This document shows, one piece after another, positions 19,301 through 36,400 of a stretch of DNA of 64,000 nucleotides. Below the pieces are notes generated by a model, which had not been told where the DNA came from, searched no databases, and was given only the letters and a program-made list of their open reading frames with translations. Source of the DNA: Eledone cirrhosa (taxonomy: Eukaryota); NCBI GenBank assembly GCA_964016885.1, contig OZ024741.1, forward strand, positions 213,652,001 through 213,716,000, read 5' to 3'. The stretch's first letter is position 1. Each line of letters begins with the position of its first letter. The position numbers and the translations under genes are program-made.

Positions 19301-22300
19301 CACTACCATCACTATCACCAACATTACCATTACTATCACCAACATTACCATCACTATCACCAACACTACCATCACTATCACCAACACTACCATTACTATC
19401 ACCAACACTACCATCACTATCACCAACATTACCATCACTATCACCTACACTACCATCACTATCACCAACATTACCATTACTATCACCAACATTACCATCA
19501 CTATCACCAGCACTACCATCACAATCACCAACACTACCATTACTATCACCAACACTACCATCACTATCACCAACAACATTACCATCACTATCACCAACAC
19601 AACCATCACAACATCACTATCACCAACAACATTACCATCACTATCACCAACACTACCATCACTATCACCAACATTACCATCACTATCACCAACATTACCA
19701 CCACTATCACCAACGCTACCATCACTATCACCAACACTACCATCACTATTACCAACAACATTACCATCACTATCACCAACACTACCATCACTATCACCAA
19801 CACTATCATCACTATCACCAACACTACCATCACTATCACCAACACTACCATCACTATCACCAACATTATCATCAATATCACCAACACTACCATCACTATC
19901 ACCAACACTACCATCACTATCACCAACACTACCATCACTATCACCAACACTACCATCACTATCACCAACACTATCATCACTATCACCAACACTACCATCA
20001 CTATCACCAACACTACCATCACTATCACCAACACTACCATCACTATCACCAACACTATCATCACTATCACCAACACTACCATCACTATCACCAACACTAC
20101 CATCACTATCACCAACATTATCATCAATATCACCAACACTACCATCACTATCACCAACATTACCATCACTATCACCAATACTACCATCACTATCACCAAC
20201 AACATTACCATCACTATCACCAACACTACCATCACTATCAGCAACATTACCATCGCTATCACCAACAACACTACCATCACTATCAGCAACAGTAGCATCA
20301 CTTTCACCAACACTACCATCACTATCACCAACATTACCATCACTATCACCAACACTACCATCACTATCACCAACACTACCATCACTATCACCAACATTAC
20401 CATCAATATCACCAACACTACCATCACTATCAGCAACATTACCATCGCTATCACCAACAACACTACCATCACTATCAGCAACAGTAGCATCACTTTCACC
20501 AACACTACCATCACTATCACCAACATTACCACCACCATCACCAACACTACCATCACTATCACCAACATTATCATCAATATCACCAACACTACCATCACTA
20601 TCACCAACACTACCATCACTATCACCAACACTACCATCACTATCACCAACATTACCATCACTATCACCAACACTACCATCACTATCACCAACACTACCAT
20701 CAGTATCAACAACATTACCATCACTATCACGTACACTTCCATCACTATCACCAACATTACCACCACTATCACCAACACTACCATCACTATCACCAACACT
20801 ACCATCACTATCACCAACACTACCATCACTATCACCAACACTACCATCACTATCACCAACATTACCATCACTATCACCAACACTACCATCACTATCACAA
20901 ACATTACCATCACTACCACCAACACTAGCATCACTATCACCAACATTACCATCGCTACCACCAACACTACCATCACTATCACCAACATTACCATCACTTT
21001 CACCAACACTACCATCACTATCACCAACATTACCACCACTATCACCAACACTACCATCACTATCACCAACATTATCATCAATATCACCAACACTACCATC
21101 ACTATCACCAACACTACCATCACTATCACCAACATTACCATCAATATCACCAACACTACCATCACTATCACCAACATTACCATTACTATCACCAACATTA
21201 CCATCACTATCACCAACACTACCATCACTATCACCAACATTATCATCACTATCACCAACATTACCACCACTATCACCAACATTACCACCACTATCACAAA
21301 CACTACCATCACTATCACCAACACTACCATCACTATCACCAACATTACCATCACTATCACCAACATTACCATCACTATCACCAACACTACAATCACTATC
21401 ACCAACAACATTACCATCACTATCACCAACACTACCATCACTTTCACCAACACTACCATCACTATCACCAACATTACCATCACTATCACCAACACTAGCA
21501 TCACTTTCACCAACACAACCATCACTATCACCAACATTACCACCACCATCACCAACACTACCATCACTATCACCAACATTATCATCAATATCACCAACAC
21601 TACCATCACTATCACCAACACTACCATCACTATCACCAACATTACCATCACTATCACCAACACTACCATCACTATCACCAACACTATCATCACCATCACC
21701 AACACTACCATCACTATCACCAACACTACCATCACTATCACCAACATTATCATCACTATCACCAACATTACCACCACTATCACCAACATTACCACCACTA
21801 TCACAAACACTACCATCACTATCACCAACACTACCATCACTATCACCAACATTACCATCACTATCACCAACATTAACATCACTATCACCAACACTACCAT
21901 CACTTTCACCAACACTACCATCACTATCACCAACATTACCATCACTATCACCAACACTAGCATCACTTTCATCAACACTACCATCACTATCACCAACATT
22001 ACCACCACCATCACCAACACTACCATCACTATCACCAACATTATCATCAATATCACCAACACTACCATCACTATCACCAACACTACCATCACTATCACCA
22101 ACATTACCATCAATATCACCAACACTACCATCACTATCACGAACATTACCATTACTATCACCAACATTACCATCACTATCACCAACACTACCATCACTAT
22201 CACCAACACTACCATTACTATCACCAACACTACCATCACTATCACCAACATTACCATCACTATCACATACACTACCATCACTATCACCAACATTACCATT

Positions 22301-23554
22301 ACTATCACCAACATTACCATCACTATCACCAGCACTACCATCACAATCACCAACACTACCATTACTATCACCAACACTACCATCACTATCACCAACAACA
22401 TTACCATCACTATCACCAACACAACCATCACAACATCACTATCACCAACAACATTACCATCACTATCACCAACACTACCATCACTATCACCAACATTACC
22501 ATCACTATCACCAACACTACCACCACTATCACCAACACTACCATCACTATCACCAACACTACCATCACTATCACCAACAACATTACCATCACTATCACCA
22601 ACACTACCATCACTATCACCAACACTATCATCACTATCACCAACACTACCATCACTATCACCAACACTACCATCACTATCACCAACATTATCATCAATAT
22701 CACCAACACTACCATCACTATCACCAACACTACCATCACTATCACCAACACTACCATCACTATCACCAACACTACCATCACTATCACCAACATTACCATC
22801 ACTATCACCAACAACACTACCATCACTATCACCAACACTACCATCACTATCACCAACAACATTACCATCACTATCACCAACACTACCATCACTATCACCA
22901 ACATTACCATCGCTATCACCAACAACACTACCATCACTATCAGCAACACTACCATCACTATCATCAACACTACCATCACTATCACCAACATTACCACCAC
23001 CATCACTACAAACACTACCATCACTATCACCAACACTACCATCACTATCACCAACAATATTACCACCACTAACACCAACACTACCATCAACTATCACCAA
23101 CGTTACCATCACTATCACCAATATTACCATCACTATCAACAACACTACCATCACTATCACCAACAACATTGCTACCACTACCACCAAATCTACCATCAAC
23201 TATCACCAACATTACCATCACTATGTCCAACATTACCATCACTATCACCAACACTACCATCACTATCACCAACACTACCATCACTATCACCAACATTACC
23301 ATCACTATCACCAACACAACCATCACACCATCACTATCACCAACAACATTACCATCACTATCACCAACACTACCATCACTATCACCAACATTACCACCAC
23401 TATCACCAACATTACCACCACTATCACCAACACTACCATCACTATCACCAACACTACCATCACTATCACCAACAACATTACCATCACTATCACCAACACT
23501 ACCATCACTATCACCAACACTATCATCACTATCACCAACACTACCATCACTATC
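13344..23554. repeat. Copy 2 of tandem duplication with 10,494-bp period
   Basis: Same offsets as copy 1; the 1422-aa spurious translations at 2940..7208 and 13434..17702 appear identical. Confidence 0.93.
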
Positions 23555-26500
23555 ACCAACACTACCATCACTATCACCAACATTATCATCAATATCACCA
23601 ACACTACCATCACTATCAACAACACTACCATCACTATCACCAACACTACCATCACTATCACCAACACTACCATCACTATCACCAACATTACCATCACTAT
23701 CACCAACATTACCATCACTATCACCAACACTACCATCACTATCACCAACAACATTACCATCACTATCACCAACACTACCATCACTATCACCAACATTACC
23801 ACCACTATCACAAACACTACCATCACTATCACCAACACTACCATCACTATCACCAACATTACCATCACTATCACCAACATTACCATCACTATCACCAACA
23901 CTACAATCACTATCACCAACAACATTACCATCACTATCACCAACACTACCATCACTTTCACCAACACTACTATCACTATCACCAACATTACCATCACTAT
24001 CACCAACACTAGCATCACTTTCACCAACACTACCATCACTATCACCAACATTACCACCACCATCACCAACACTACCATCACTATCACCAACATTATCATC
24101 AATATCACCAACACTACCATCACTATCACCAACACTACCATCACTATCACCAACATTACCATCACTATCACCAACACTACCATCACTATCACCAACACTA
24201 TCATCACTATCACCAACACTACCATCACTATCACCAACACTACCATCACTATCACCAACATTATCATCACTATCACCAACATTACCACCACTATCACCAA
24301 CATTACCACCACTATCACCAACACTACCATCACTTTCACCAACACTACCATCACTATCACCAACATTACCATCACTATCACCAACACTAGCATCACTTTC
24401 ACCAACACTACCATCACTATCACCAACATTACCACCACCATCACCAACACTACCATCACTATCACCAACATTATCATCAATATCACCAACACTACCATCA
24501 CTATCACCAACACTACCATCACTATCAACAACATTACCATCAATATCACCAACACTACCATCACTATCACCAACATTACCATTACTATCACCAACATTAC
24601 CATCACTATCACCAACACTACCATCACTATCACCAACACTACCATTACTATCACCAACACTACCATCACTATCACCAACATTACCATCACTATCACCTAC
24701 ACTACCATCACTATCACCAACATTACCATTACTATCACCAACATTACCATCACTATCACCAGCACTACCATCACAATCACCAACACTACCATTACTAACA
24801 CCAACACTACCATCACTATCAGCAACAACATTACCATCACTATCACCAACACAACCATCACAACATCACTATCACCAACAACATTACCATCACTATCACC
24901 AACACTACCATCACTATCACCAACATTACCATCACTATCACCAACATTACCACCACTATCACCAACGCTACCATCACTATCACCAACACTACCATCACTA
25001 TTACCAACAACATTACCATCACTATCACCAACACTACCATCACTATCACCAACACTATCATCACTATCACCAACACTACCATCACTATCACCAACACTAC
25101 CATCACTATCACCAACATTATCATCAATATCACCAACACTACCATCACTATCACCAACACTACCATCACTATCACCAACACTACCATCACTATCACCAAC
25201 ACTACCATCACTATCACCAACACTATCATCACTATCACCAACACTACCATCACTATCACCAACACTACCATCACTATCACCAACACTACCATCACTATCA
25301 CCAACACTATCATCACTATCACCAACACTACCATCACTATCACCAACACTACCATCACTATCACCAACATTATCATCAATATCACCAACACTACCATCAC
25401 TATCACCAACATTACCATCACTATCACCAATACTACCATCACTATCACCAACAACATTACCATCACAATCACCAACACTACCATCACTATCAGCAACATT
25501 ACCATAGCTATCACCAACAACACTACCATCACTATCAGCAACAGTAGCATCACTTTCACCAACACTACCATCACTATCACCAACATTACCATCACTATCA
25601 CCAACACTACCATCACTATCACCAACACTACCATCACTATCACCAACATTACCATCAATATCACCAACACTACCATCACTATCACCAACACTACCATCAG
25701 TATCAACAACATTAACATCACTATCACGTACACTTCCATCACTATCACCAACATTACCACCACTATCACCAACACTACCATCACTATCACCAACACTACC
25801 ATCACTATCACCAACACTACCATCACTATCACCAACACTACCATCACTATCACCAACATTACCATCACTATCACCAACACTACCATCACTATCACAAACA
25901 TTACCATCACTACCACCAACACTAGCATCACTATCACCAACATTACCATCACTACCACCAACACTACCATCACTATCACCAACATTATCATCAATATCAC
26001 CAACACTACCATCACTATCACCAACACTACCATCACTATCACCAACACTACCATCACTATCACCAACACTACCATCACTATCACCAACATTACCATCACT
26101 ATCACCAACACTACCATCACTATCACCAACAACATTACCATCACTATCACCAACACTACCATCACTATCAGCAACATTACCATCGCTATCACCAACAACA
26201 CTACCATCACTATCAGCAACAGTAGCATCACTTTCACCAACACTACCATCACTATCACCAACATTACCACCACCATCACCAACACTACCATCACTATCAC
26301 CAACATTATCATCAATATCACCAACACTACCATCACTATCACCAACACTACCATCACTATCACCAACACTACCATCACTATCACCAACATTACCATCACT
26401 ATCACCAACACTACCATCACTATCACCAACACTACCATCAGTATCAACAACATTACCATCACTATCACGTACACTTCCATCACTATCACCAACATTACCA

Positions 26501-29500
26501 CCACTATCACCAACACTACCATCACTATCACCAACACTACCATCACTATCACCAACACTACCATCACTATCACCAACACTACCATCACTATCACCAACAT
26601 TACCATCACTATCACCAACACTACCATCACTATCACAAACATTACCATCACTACCACCAACACTAGCATCACTATCACCAACATTACCATCGCTACCACC
26701 AACACTACCATCACTATCACCAACATTACCATCACTTTCACCAACACTACCATCACTATCACCAACATTACCACCACTATCACCAACACTACCATCACTA
26801 TCACCAACATTATCATCAATATCACCAACACTACCATCACTATCACCAACACTACCATCACTATCACCAACATTACCATCAATATCACCAACACTACCAT
26901 CACTATCACCAACATTACCATTACTATCACCAACATTACCATCACTATCACCAACACTACCATCATTATCACCAACATTATCATCACTATCACCAACATT
27001 ACCACCACTATCACCAACATTACCACCACTATCACAAACACTACCATCACTATCACCAACACTACCATCACTATAACCAACATTACCATCACTATCACCA
27101 ACATTACCATCACTATCACCAACACTACAATCACTATCACCAACAACATTACCATCACTATCACCAACACTACCATCACTTTCACCAACACTACCATCAC
27201 TATCACCAATATTACCATCACTATCACCAACACTAGCATCACTTTCACCAACACAACCATCACTATCACCAACATTACCACCACCATCACCAACACTACC
27301 ATCACTATCACCAACATTATCATCAATATCACCAACACTACCATCACTATCACCAACACTACCATCACTATCACCAACATTACCATCACTATCACCAACA
27401 CTACCATCACTATCACCAACACTATCATCACCATCACCAACACTACCATCACTATCACCAACACTACCATCACTATCACCAACATTATCATCACTATCAC
27501 CAACATTACCACCACTATCACCAACATTACCACCACTATCACAAACACTACCATCACTATCACCAACACTACCATCACTATCACCAACATTACCATCACT
27601 ATCACCAACATTAACATCACTATCACCAACACTACCATCACTTTCACCAACACTACCATCACTATCACCAACATTACCATCACTATCACCAACACTAGCA
27701 TCACTTTCACCAACACTACCATCACTATCACCAACATTACCACCACCATCACCAACACTACCATCACTATCACCAACATTATCATCAATATCACCAACAC
27801 TACCATCACTATCACCAACACTACCATCACTATCACCAACATTACCATCAATATCACCAACACTACCATCACTATCACGAACATTACCATTACTATCACC
27901 AACATTACCATCACTATCACCAACACTACCATCACTATCACCAACACTACCATTACTATCACCAACACTACCATCACTATCACCAACATTACCATCACTA
28001 TCACATACACTACCATCACTATCACCAACATTACCATTACTATCACCAACATTACCATCACTATCACCAGCACTACCATCACAATCACCAACACTACCAT
28101 TACTATCACCAACACTACCATCACTATCACCAACAACATTACCATCACTATCACCAACACAACCATCACAACATCACTATCACCAACAACATTACCATCA
28201 CTATCACCAACACTACCATCACTATCACCAACATTACCATCACTATCACCAACACTACCACCACTATCACCAACACTACCATCACTATCACCAACACTAC
28301 CATCACTATCACCAACAACATTACCATCACTATCACCAACACTACCATCACTATCACCAACACTATCATCACTATCACCAACACTACCATCACTATCACC
28401 AACACTACCATCACTATCACCAACATTATCATCAATATCACCAACACTACCATCACTATCACCAACACTACCATCACTATCACCAACACTACCATCACTA
28501 TCACCAACACTACCATCACTATCACCAACATTACCATCACTATCACCAACACTACCATCACTATCACCAACAACATTACCATCACTATCAGCAACACTAC
28601 CATCACTATCATCAACACTACCATCACTATCACCAACATTACCACCACCATCACTACCAACACTACCATCACTATCACCAACACTACCATCACTATCACC
28701 AACAATATTACCACCACTAACACCAACACTACCATCAACTATCACCAACGTTACCATCACTATCACCAATATTACCATCACTATCAACAACACTACCATC
28801 ACTATCACCAACAACATTGCTACCACTACCACCAAATCTACCATCAACTATCACCAACATTACCATCACTATGTCCAACATTACCATCACTATCACCAAC
28901 ACTACCATCACTATCACCAACACTACCATCACTATCACCAACATTACCATCACCATCACCAACACTACCATATCTATCACCTACACTACCATCACTATCA
29001 CCAACATTCCCATCACTATCACCAACACTACCATCACTATCACCAACACTACCATTACTATCACCAACACTACCATCACTATCACCAACAACATTACCAT
29101 CACTATCACCAACACAACCATCACACCATCACTATCACCAACAACATTACCATCACTATCACCAACACTACCATCACTATCACCAACATTACCACCACTA
29201 TCACCAACATTACCACCACTATCACCAACACTACCATCACTATCACCAACACTACCATCACTATCACCAACAACATTACCATCACTATCACCAACACTAC
29301 CATCACTATCACCAACACTATCATCACTATCACCAACACTACCATCACTATCACCAACACTACCATCACTATCACCAACATTATCATCAATATCACCAAC
29401 ACTACCATCACTATCAACAACACTACCATCACTATCACCAACACTACCATCACTATCACCAACACTACCATCACTATCACCAACATTACCATCACTATCA

Positions 29501-30119
29501 CCAACATTACCATCACTATCACCAACACTACCATCACTATCACCAACAACATTACCATCACTATCACCAACACTACCATCACTATCACCAACATTACCAC
29601 CACTATCACAAACACTACCATCACTATCACCAACACTACCATCACTATCACCAACATTACCATCACTATCACCAACATTACCATCACTATCACCAACACT
29701 ACAATCACTATCACCAACAACATTACCATCACTATCACCAACACTACCATCACTTTCACCAACACTACTATCACTATCACCAACATTACCATCACTATCA
29801 CCAACACTAGCATCACTTTCACCAACACTACCATCACTATCACCAACATTACCACCACCATCACCAACACTACCATCACTATCACCAACATTATCATCAA
29901 TATCACCAACACTACCATCACTATCACCAACACTACCATCACTATCACCAACATTACCATCAATATCACCAACACTACCATCACTATCACCAACACTACC
30001 ATCACTATCAGCAACACTACCATCACTATCACCAACACTACCATTACTATCACCAACACTACCATCACTATCACCAACAACATTACCATCACTATCACCA
30101 ACACAACCATCACACCATC

Positions 30120-33100
30120 ACTATCACCAACAACATTACCATCCCTATCACCAACACTACCATCACTATCACCAACACTACCATCACTATCACCAACACT
30201 ACCATCAGTATCAACAACATTACCATCACTATCACGTACACTTCCATCACTATCACCAACATTACCACCACTATCACCAACACTACCATCACTATCACCA
30301 ACACTACCATCACTATCACCAACACTACCATCACTATCACCAACACTACCATCACTATCACCAACATTACCATCACTATCACGAACACTACCATCACTAT
30401 CACAAACATTACCATCACTACCACCAACACTACCATCACTATCACCAACATTACCATCACTATCACCTACATTACCATCACTATCACCAACACTACCATC
30501 ACTATCACCAACATTACCATCACTATCACCAACACTACCATCACTATCACCAACATTACCAACACTATCACCAACATTACCATCACTATCACCAACATTA
30601 CCATCACTATCACCAACACTACCATCACTATCACCAACATTACCATCAATATCCCCAACATTACCATCACTATTACCAACACTACCATCACTATCACCAA
30701 CATTACCATCACTATCACCAACACTACCATCACTATCACCAACATTACCATCAATATCACCAACACTACCATCACTATCACCAACACTACCATCACTATC
30801 ACCAACACTACCATCACTATCACCAACATTACCATCACTATTACCAACACTACCATCACTATCACCAACATTACCATCACTATCCCCAACATTACCATCA
30901 CTATCACCAACATTACCATCACTATCACCAACACTACCATCACTATCACCAACACTACCATCACTATTACCAACACTACCATCACTATCACCAACACTAC
31001 CATCACTATCACCAACATTACCATCACTATCACCAACACTACCATCACTATCACCAACATTACCATCACTATCACCAACACTAGCATCACTTTCACCAAC
31101 ACTACCATCACTATCACCAACATTACCACCACCATCACCAACACTACCATCACTATCACCAACATTACCATCAATATCACCAACTCTTCCATCACTATCA
31201 CCAACATTACCACCACTATCACAAACACTACCATCACTATCACCAACACTACCATCACTATCAGCAACATTACCATCACTATCACCAACATTACCATCAC
31301 TATCACCAACACTACAATCACTATCACCAACAACATTACCATCACTATCACCAACACTACCATCACTTTCACCAACACTACTATCACTATCACCAACATT
31401 ACCATCACTATCACCAACACTAGCATCACTTTCACCAACACTACCATCACTATCACCAACATTACCACCACCATCACCAACACTACCATCACTATCACCA
31501 ACATTATCATCAATATCACCAACACTACCATCACTATCACCAACACTACCATCACTATCACCAACACTACCATCACTATCACCAACACTGCCATCACTAT
31601 CACCAACATTACCATCACTATTATCAACACTACCATCACTATCACCAACATTACCATCACTATCACCAACACTACCATCACTATCACCTACATTACCATC
31701 ACTATCACCAACACTACCATCACTCTCACCAACATTACCATCACTATCACCAACATTACCATCACTATCACCAACATTACCATCACTATCACCAACACTA
31801 CCATCACTATCACCAACATTACCATCAATATCCCCAACATTACCATCACTATTACCAACACTACCATCACTATCACCAACATTACCATCACTATCACCAA
31901 CACTACCATCACTATCACCAACATTACCATCAATATCACCAACATTACCATCACTATTATCAACACTACCATCACTATCACCAACACTACCATCACTATC
32001 ACCAACACTACCATCACTATCACCAACATTACCATCACTATTACCAACACTACCATCACTATCACCAACATTACCATCACTATCCCCAACATTACCATCA
32101 CTATCACCAACATTACCATCACTATCACCAACACTACCATCACTATCACCAACACTACCATCACTATTACCAACACTACCATCACTATCACCAACATTAC
32201 CATCACTATCCCCAACATTACCATCACTATCACCAACATTACCATCACTATCACCAACACTACCATCACTATCACCAACACTACCATCACTATTACCAAC
32301 ACTACCATCACTATCACCAACACTACCATCACTATCACCAACATTACCATCACTATCACCAACACTACCATCACTATCACCAACACTACCATTACTATCA
32401 CCAACACTACCATCACTATCACCAACAACATTACCATCACTATCACCAACACAACCATCACACCATCACTATCACCAACAACATTACCATCCCTATCACC
32501 AACACTACCATCACTATCACCAACACTACCATCACTATCACCAACACTACCATTACCATCACCAACATTACCATCACTATCACCAACATTACCATCACTA
32601 TCACCAACACTACCATCACTATCACCAACACTACCATCACTATCACCAACATTACCATCACTATCAACAACACTACCATCACTATCACCAACATTACCAT
32701 CACTATCACCTACACTACCATCACTATCACCAACATTACCATCACTATCACCAACACTACCATCACTATCACCGACATTACCATCATTATCACCAACACT
32801 ACCATCACTATCACCAACACTACCATCACTATCACCAACATTACCATCACTAACACCAACATTACCATCACTATCACCAACACTACCATCACTATCACCA
32901 ACACTACCATCACTATCACCAACACTGCCATCACTATCACCAACATTACCATCACTATTATCAACACTACCATCACTATCACCAACATTACCATCACTAT
33001 CACCAACACTACCATCACTATCACCAACATTACCATCACTATCACCTACATTACCATCACTATCACCAACACTACCATCACTCTCACCAACATTACCATC

Positions 33101-33465
33101 ACTATCACCAACATTACCATCACTATCACCAACATTACCATCACTATCACCAACACTACCATCACTATCACCAACATTACCATCAATATCCCCAACATTA
33201 CCATCACTATCACCAACACTACCATCACTATCACCAACACTACCATCACTATCACCAACATTACCATCACTAACACCAACATTACCATCACTATCACCAA
33301 CACTACCATCACTATCACCAACACTACCATCACTATCACCAACACTGCCATCACTATCACCAACATTACCATCACTATTATCAACACTACCATCACTATC
33401 ACCAACATTACCATCACTATCACCAACACTACCATCACTATCACCAACATTACCATCACTATCAC
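30120..33465. repeat. Transition zone with short (336-1,200 bp) variant units
   Basis: CACCTAC variants at 30467, 31688, 32710, 33046, 33466. First appearance of TATCCCC and AACTCT variants; last 8-bp junction at 32454. Confidence 0.7.
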
Positions 33466-36400
33466 CTACATTACCATCACTATCACCAACACTACCATCA
33501 CTCTCACCAACATTACCGTCACTATCACCAACATTACCATCACTATCACCAACATTACCATCACTATCACCAACACTACCATCACTATCACCAACATTAC
33601 CATCAATATCCCCAACATTGCCATCACTATTACCAACACTACCATCACTATCACCAACATTACCATCACTATCCCCAACATTACCATCACTATCACCAAC
33701 CTTACCATCACTATCACCAACATTACCATCACTATCACCAACACTACCATCACTATTACCAACACTACCATCACTATCACCAACACTACCATCACTATCA
33801 CCAACATTACCATCACTATCACCAACACTACCATCACTATCACCAACATTACCATCAATATCACCAACTCTACCATCACTATCACCAACACTACCATCAC
33901 TATCACCAACACTACCATCACTATCACCAACATTACCATCACTATCACCAACACTACCATCACTATCACCAACACTACCATCACTATCACCAACACTACC
34001 ATCACTATCACCAACATTACCATCACTACCACCAACATTACCATCACTATCACCAACACTAACATCACTTTAACCAACACTACCATCACTATCACCAACA
34101 TTACCACCACCATCACCAACACTACCATCACTATCACCAACATTACCATCAATATCACCAACTCTACCATCACTATCACCAACACTACCATCACTATCAC
34201 CAACACTACCATCCCTATCACCAACATTACCATCACTATCACCAACACTACCATCACTATCACCAACACTACCATCACTATCACCAACACTACCATCACT
34301 ATCACCAACATTACCATCACTATCACCAACACTACTATCACTATCACCAACATTACCATCACTATTACCAACACTACCATCACTATCACCAACATTACCA
34401 TCACTATCACCAACATTACCATCACTATCACCAACACTACCATCACTATCACCAACATTACCATCACTATCACCAACATTACCATCACTATCACCAACAT
34501 TACCATAACTATCACCAACATTACCATCACTATCACCAACATTACCATCACTATCACCAACACTACCATCTCTATCACCAACATTACCATCACTATCACC
34601 AACATTACCCTCACTATCACCAACATTACCATCACTATCACCAACATTACCATCAATATCACCAACATTACCATCACTATCACCAACACTACCATTACTA
34701 TCACCAACATTACCATCACTATCACCAACACTACCATCACTATCACCAACATTACCATCACTATCACCAACATTACCATCACTATCACCAACACTACCAT
34801 CACTATCACCAACATTACCATCACTATCACCAACACTACCATCACTATCACCATCATTACCATCACTATCACCAACATTACCATCACTATCACCAACACT
34901 ACCATCACTATCACCAACATTACCATCACTATCACCAACATTAACATCACTATCACCAACATTACCATCACTATCACCAACATTACCATCACTATCACCA
35001 ACATTACCATCACTATCACCAACATTACCATCACTATCACCAACACTACCATCACTATCACCAACACTACCATCACTATCACCAACATTACCATCACTAT
35101 CACCAACATTACCATCACTATTACCAACATTACCATCACTATCATCAACAACACTACCATCACTATCACCAACACTACCATCACTATCACCAACACTACC
35201 ATCACTATCACCAACACTACCATCACTATCACCAACATTACCATCACCATCACCATCAACATTACCATCACTATTACCAACACTACCATCACTATCACCA
35301 ACATTACCATCACTATCAGCAACACTACCATCACTATCACCAACATTACCATCACTATCACCAACACTACCATCACTATCACCAACATTACCATCACTAT
35401 CACCAACAACACTACCAACACTATCACCAACACTACCATCACTATCACCAACATTACCATCACTATCACCAACACTACCATCACTATCACCAACACTACC
35501 ATCACTATCACCAACATTACCATCAATATCCCCAACATTACCATCACTATTACCAACACTATCATCACTATCACCAACATTACCATCACTATCACCAACA
35601 CTACCATCACTATCACCAACATTACCATCACTATCACCAACACTACCATCACTATCACCAACATTACCATCACTATCACCAACACTACCATCACTATCAC
35701 CAACATTACCATCACTATCACCAACAACACTACCATCACTATCACCAACACTACCATCACTATCACCAACACTACCATCACTATCACCAACACTACCATC
35801 ACTATCACCAACATTACCATCAATATCCCCAACATTACCATCACTATTACCAACACTACCATCACTATCACCAACATTACCATCACTATCACCAACACTA
35901 CCATCACTATCACCAACATTACCATCACTATCACCAACAATACCATCACTATCACTAACATTACCATCACTATCACCAACAACACTACCATCACTATCAC
36001 CAACACTACCATCACTATCACCAACACTACCATCACTATCACCAACACTACCATCACTATCACCAACATTACCATCAATATCCCCAACATTACCATCACT
36101 ATTACCAACACTACCATCACTATCACCAACATTACCATCACTATCACCATCACTATCACCAACATTACCATCAATATCACCAACACTACCATCATTATCA
36201 CCAACACTACCATCACTATCACCAACACTACCATCACTATCACCAACATTACCATCACTATCACCAACACTAGCATCACTTTCACCAACACTACCATCAC
36301 TATCACCAAAATTACCACCACCATCACCAACACTACCATCACTATCACCAACATTACCATCAATATCACCAACTCTACCATCACTATCACCAACACTACC

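Larger units (their letters stand above)
1..30120. repeat. Left array domain with about 5 kb higher-order subunits
   Basis: Rich in 24-bp monomers, TTATCATCAATATC, CAGCAACAGTAGC and 8-bp ACCATCAC-duplication junctions. Diverged landmark TTGCTACCACTACCACCAAATCTACC at 7045, 12675, 17539, 23169, 28817. Confidence 0.85.
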
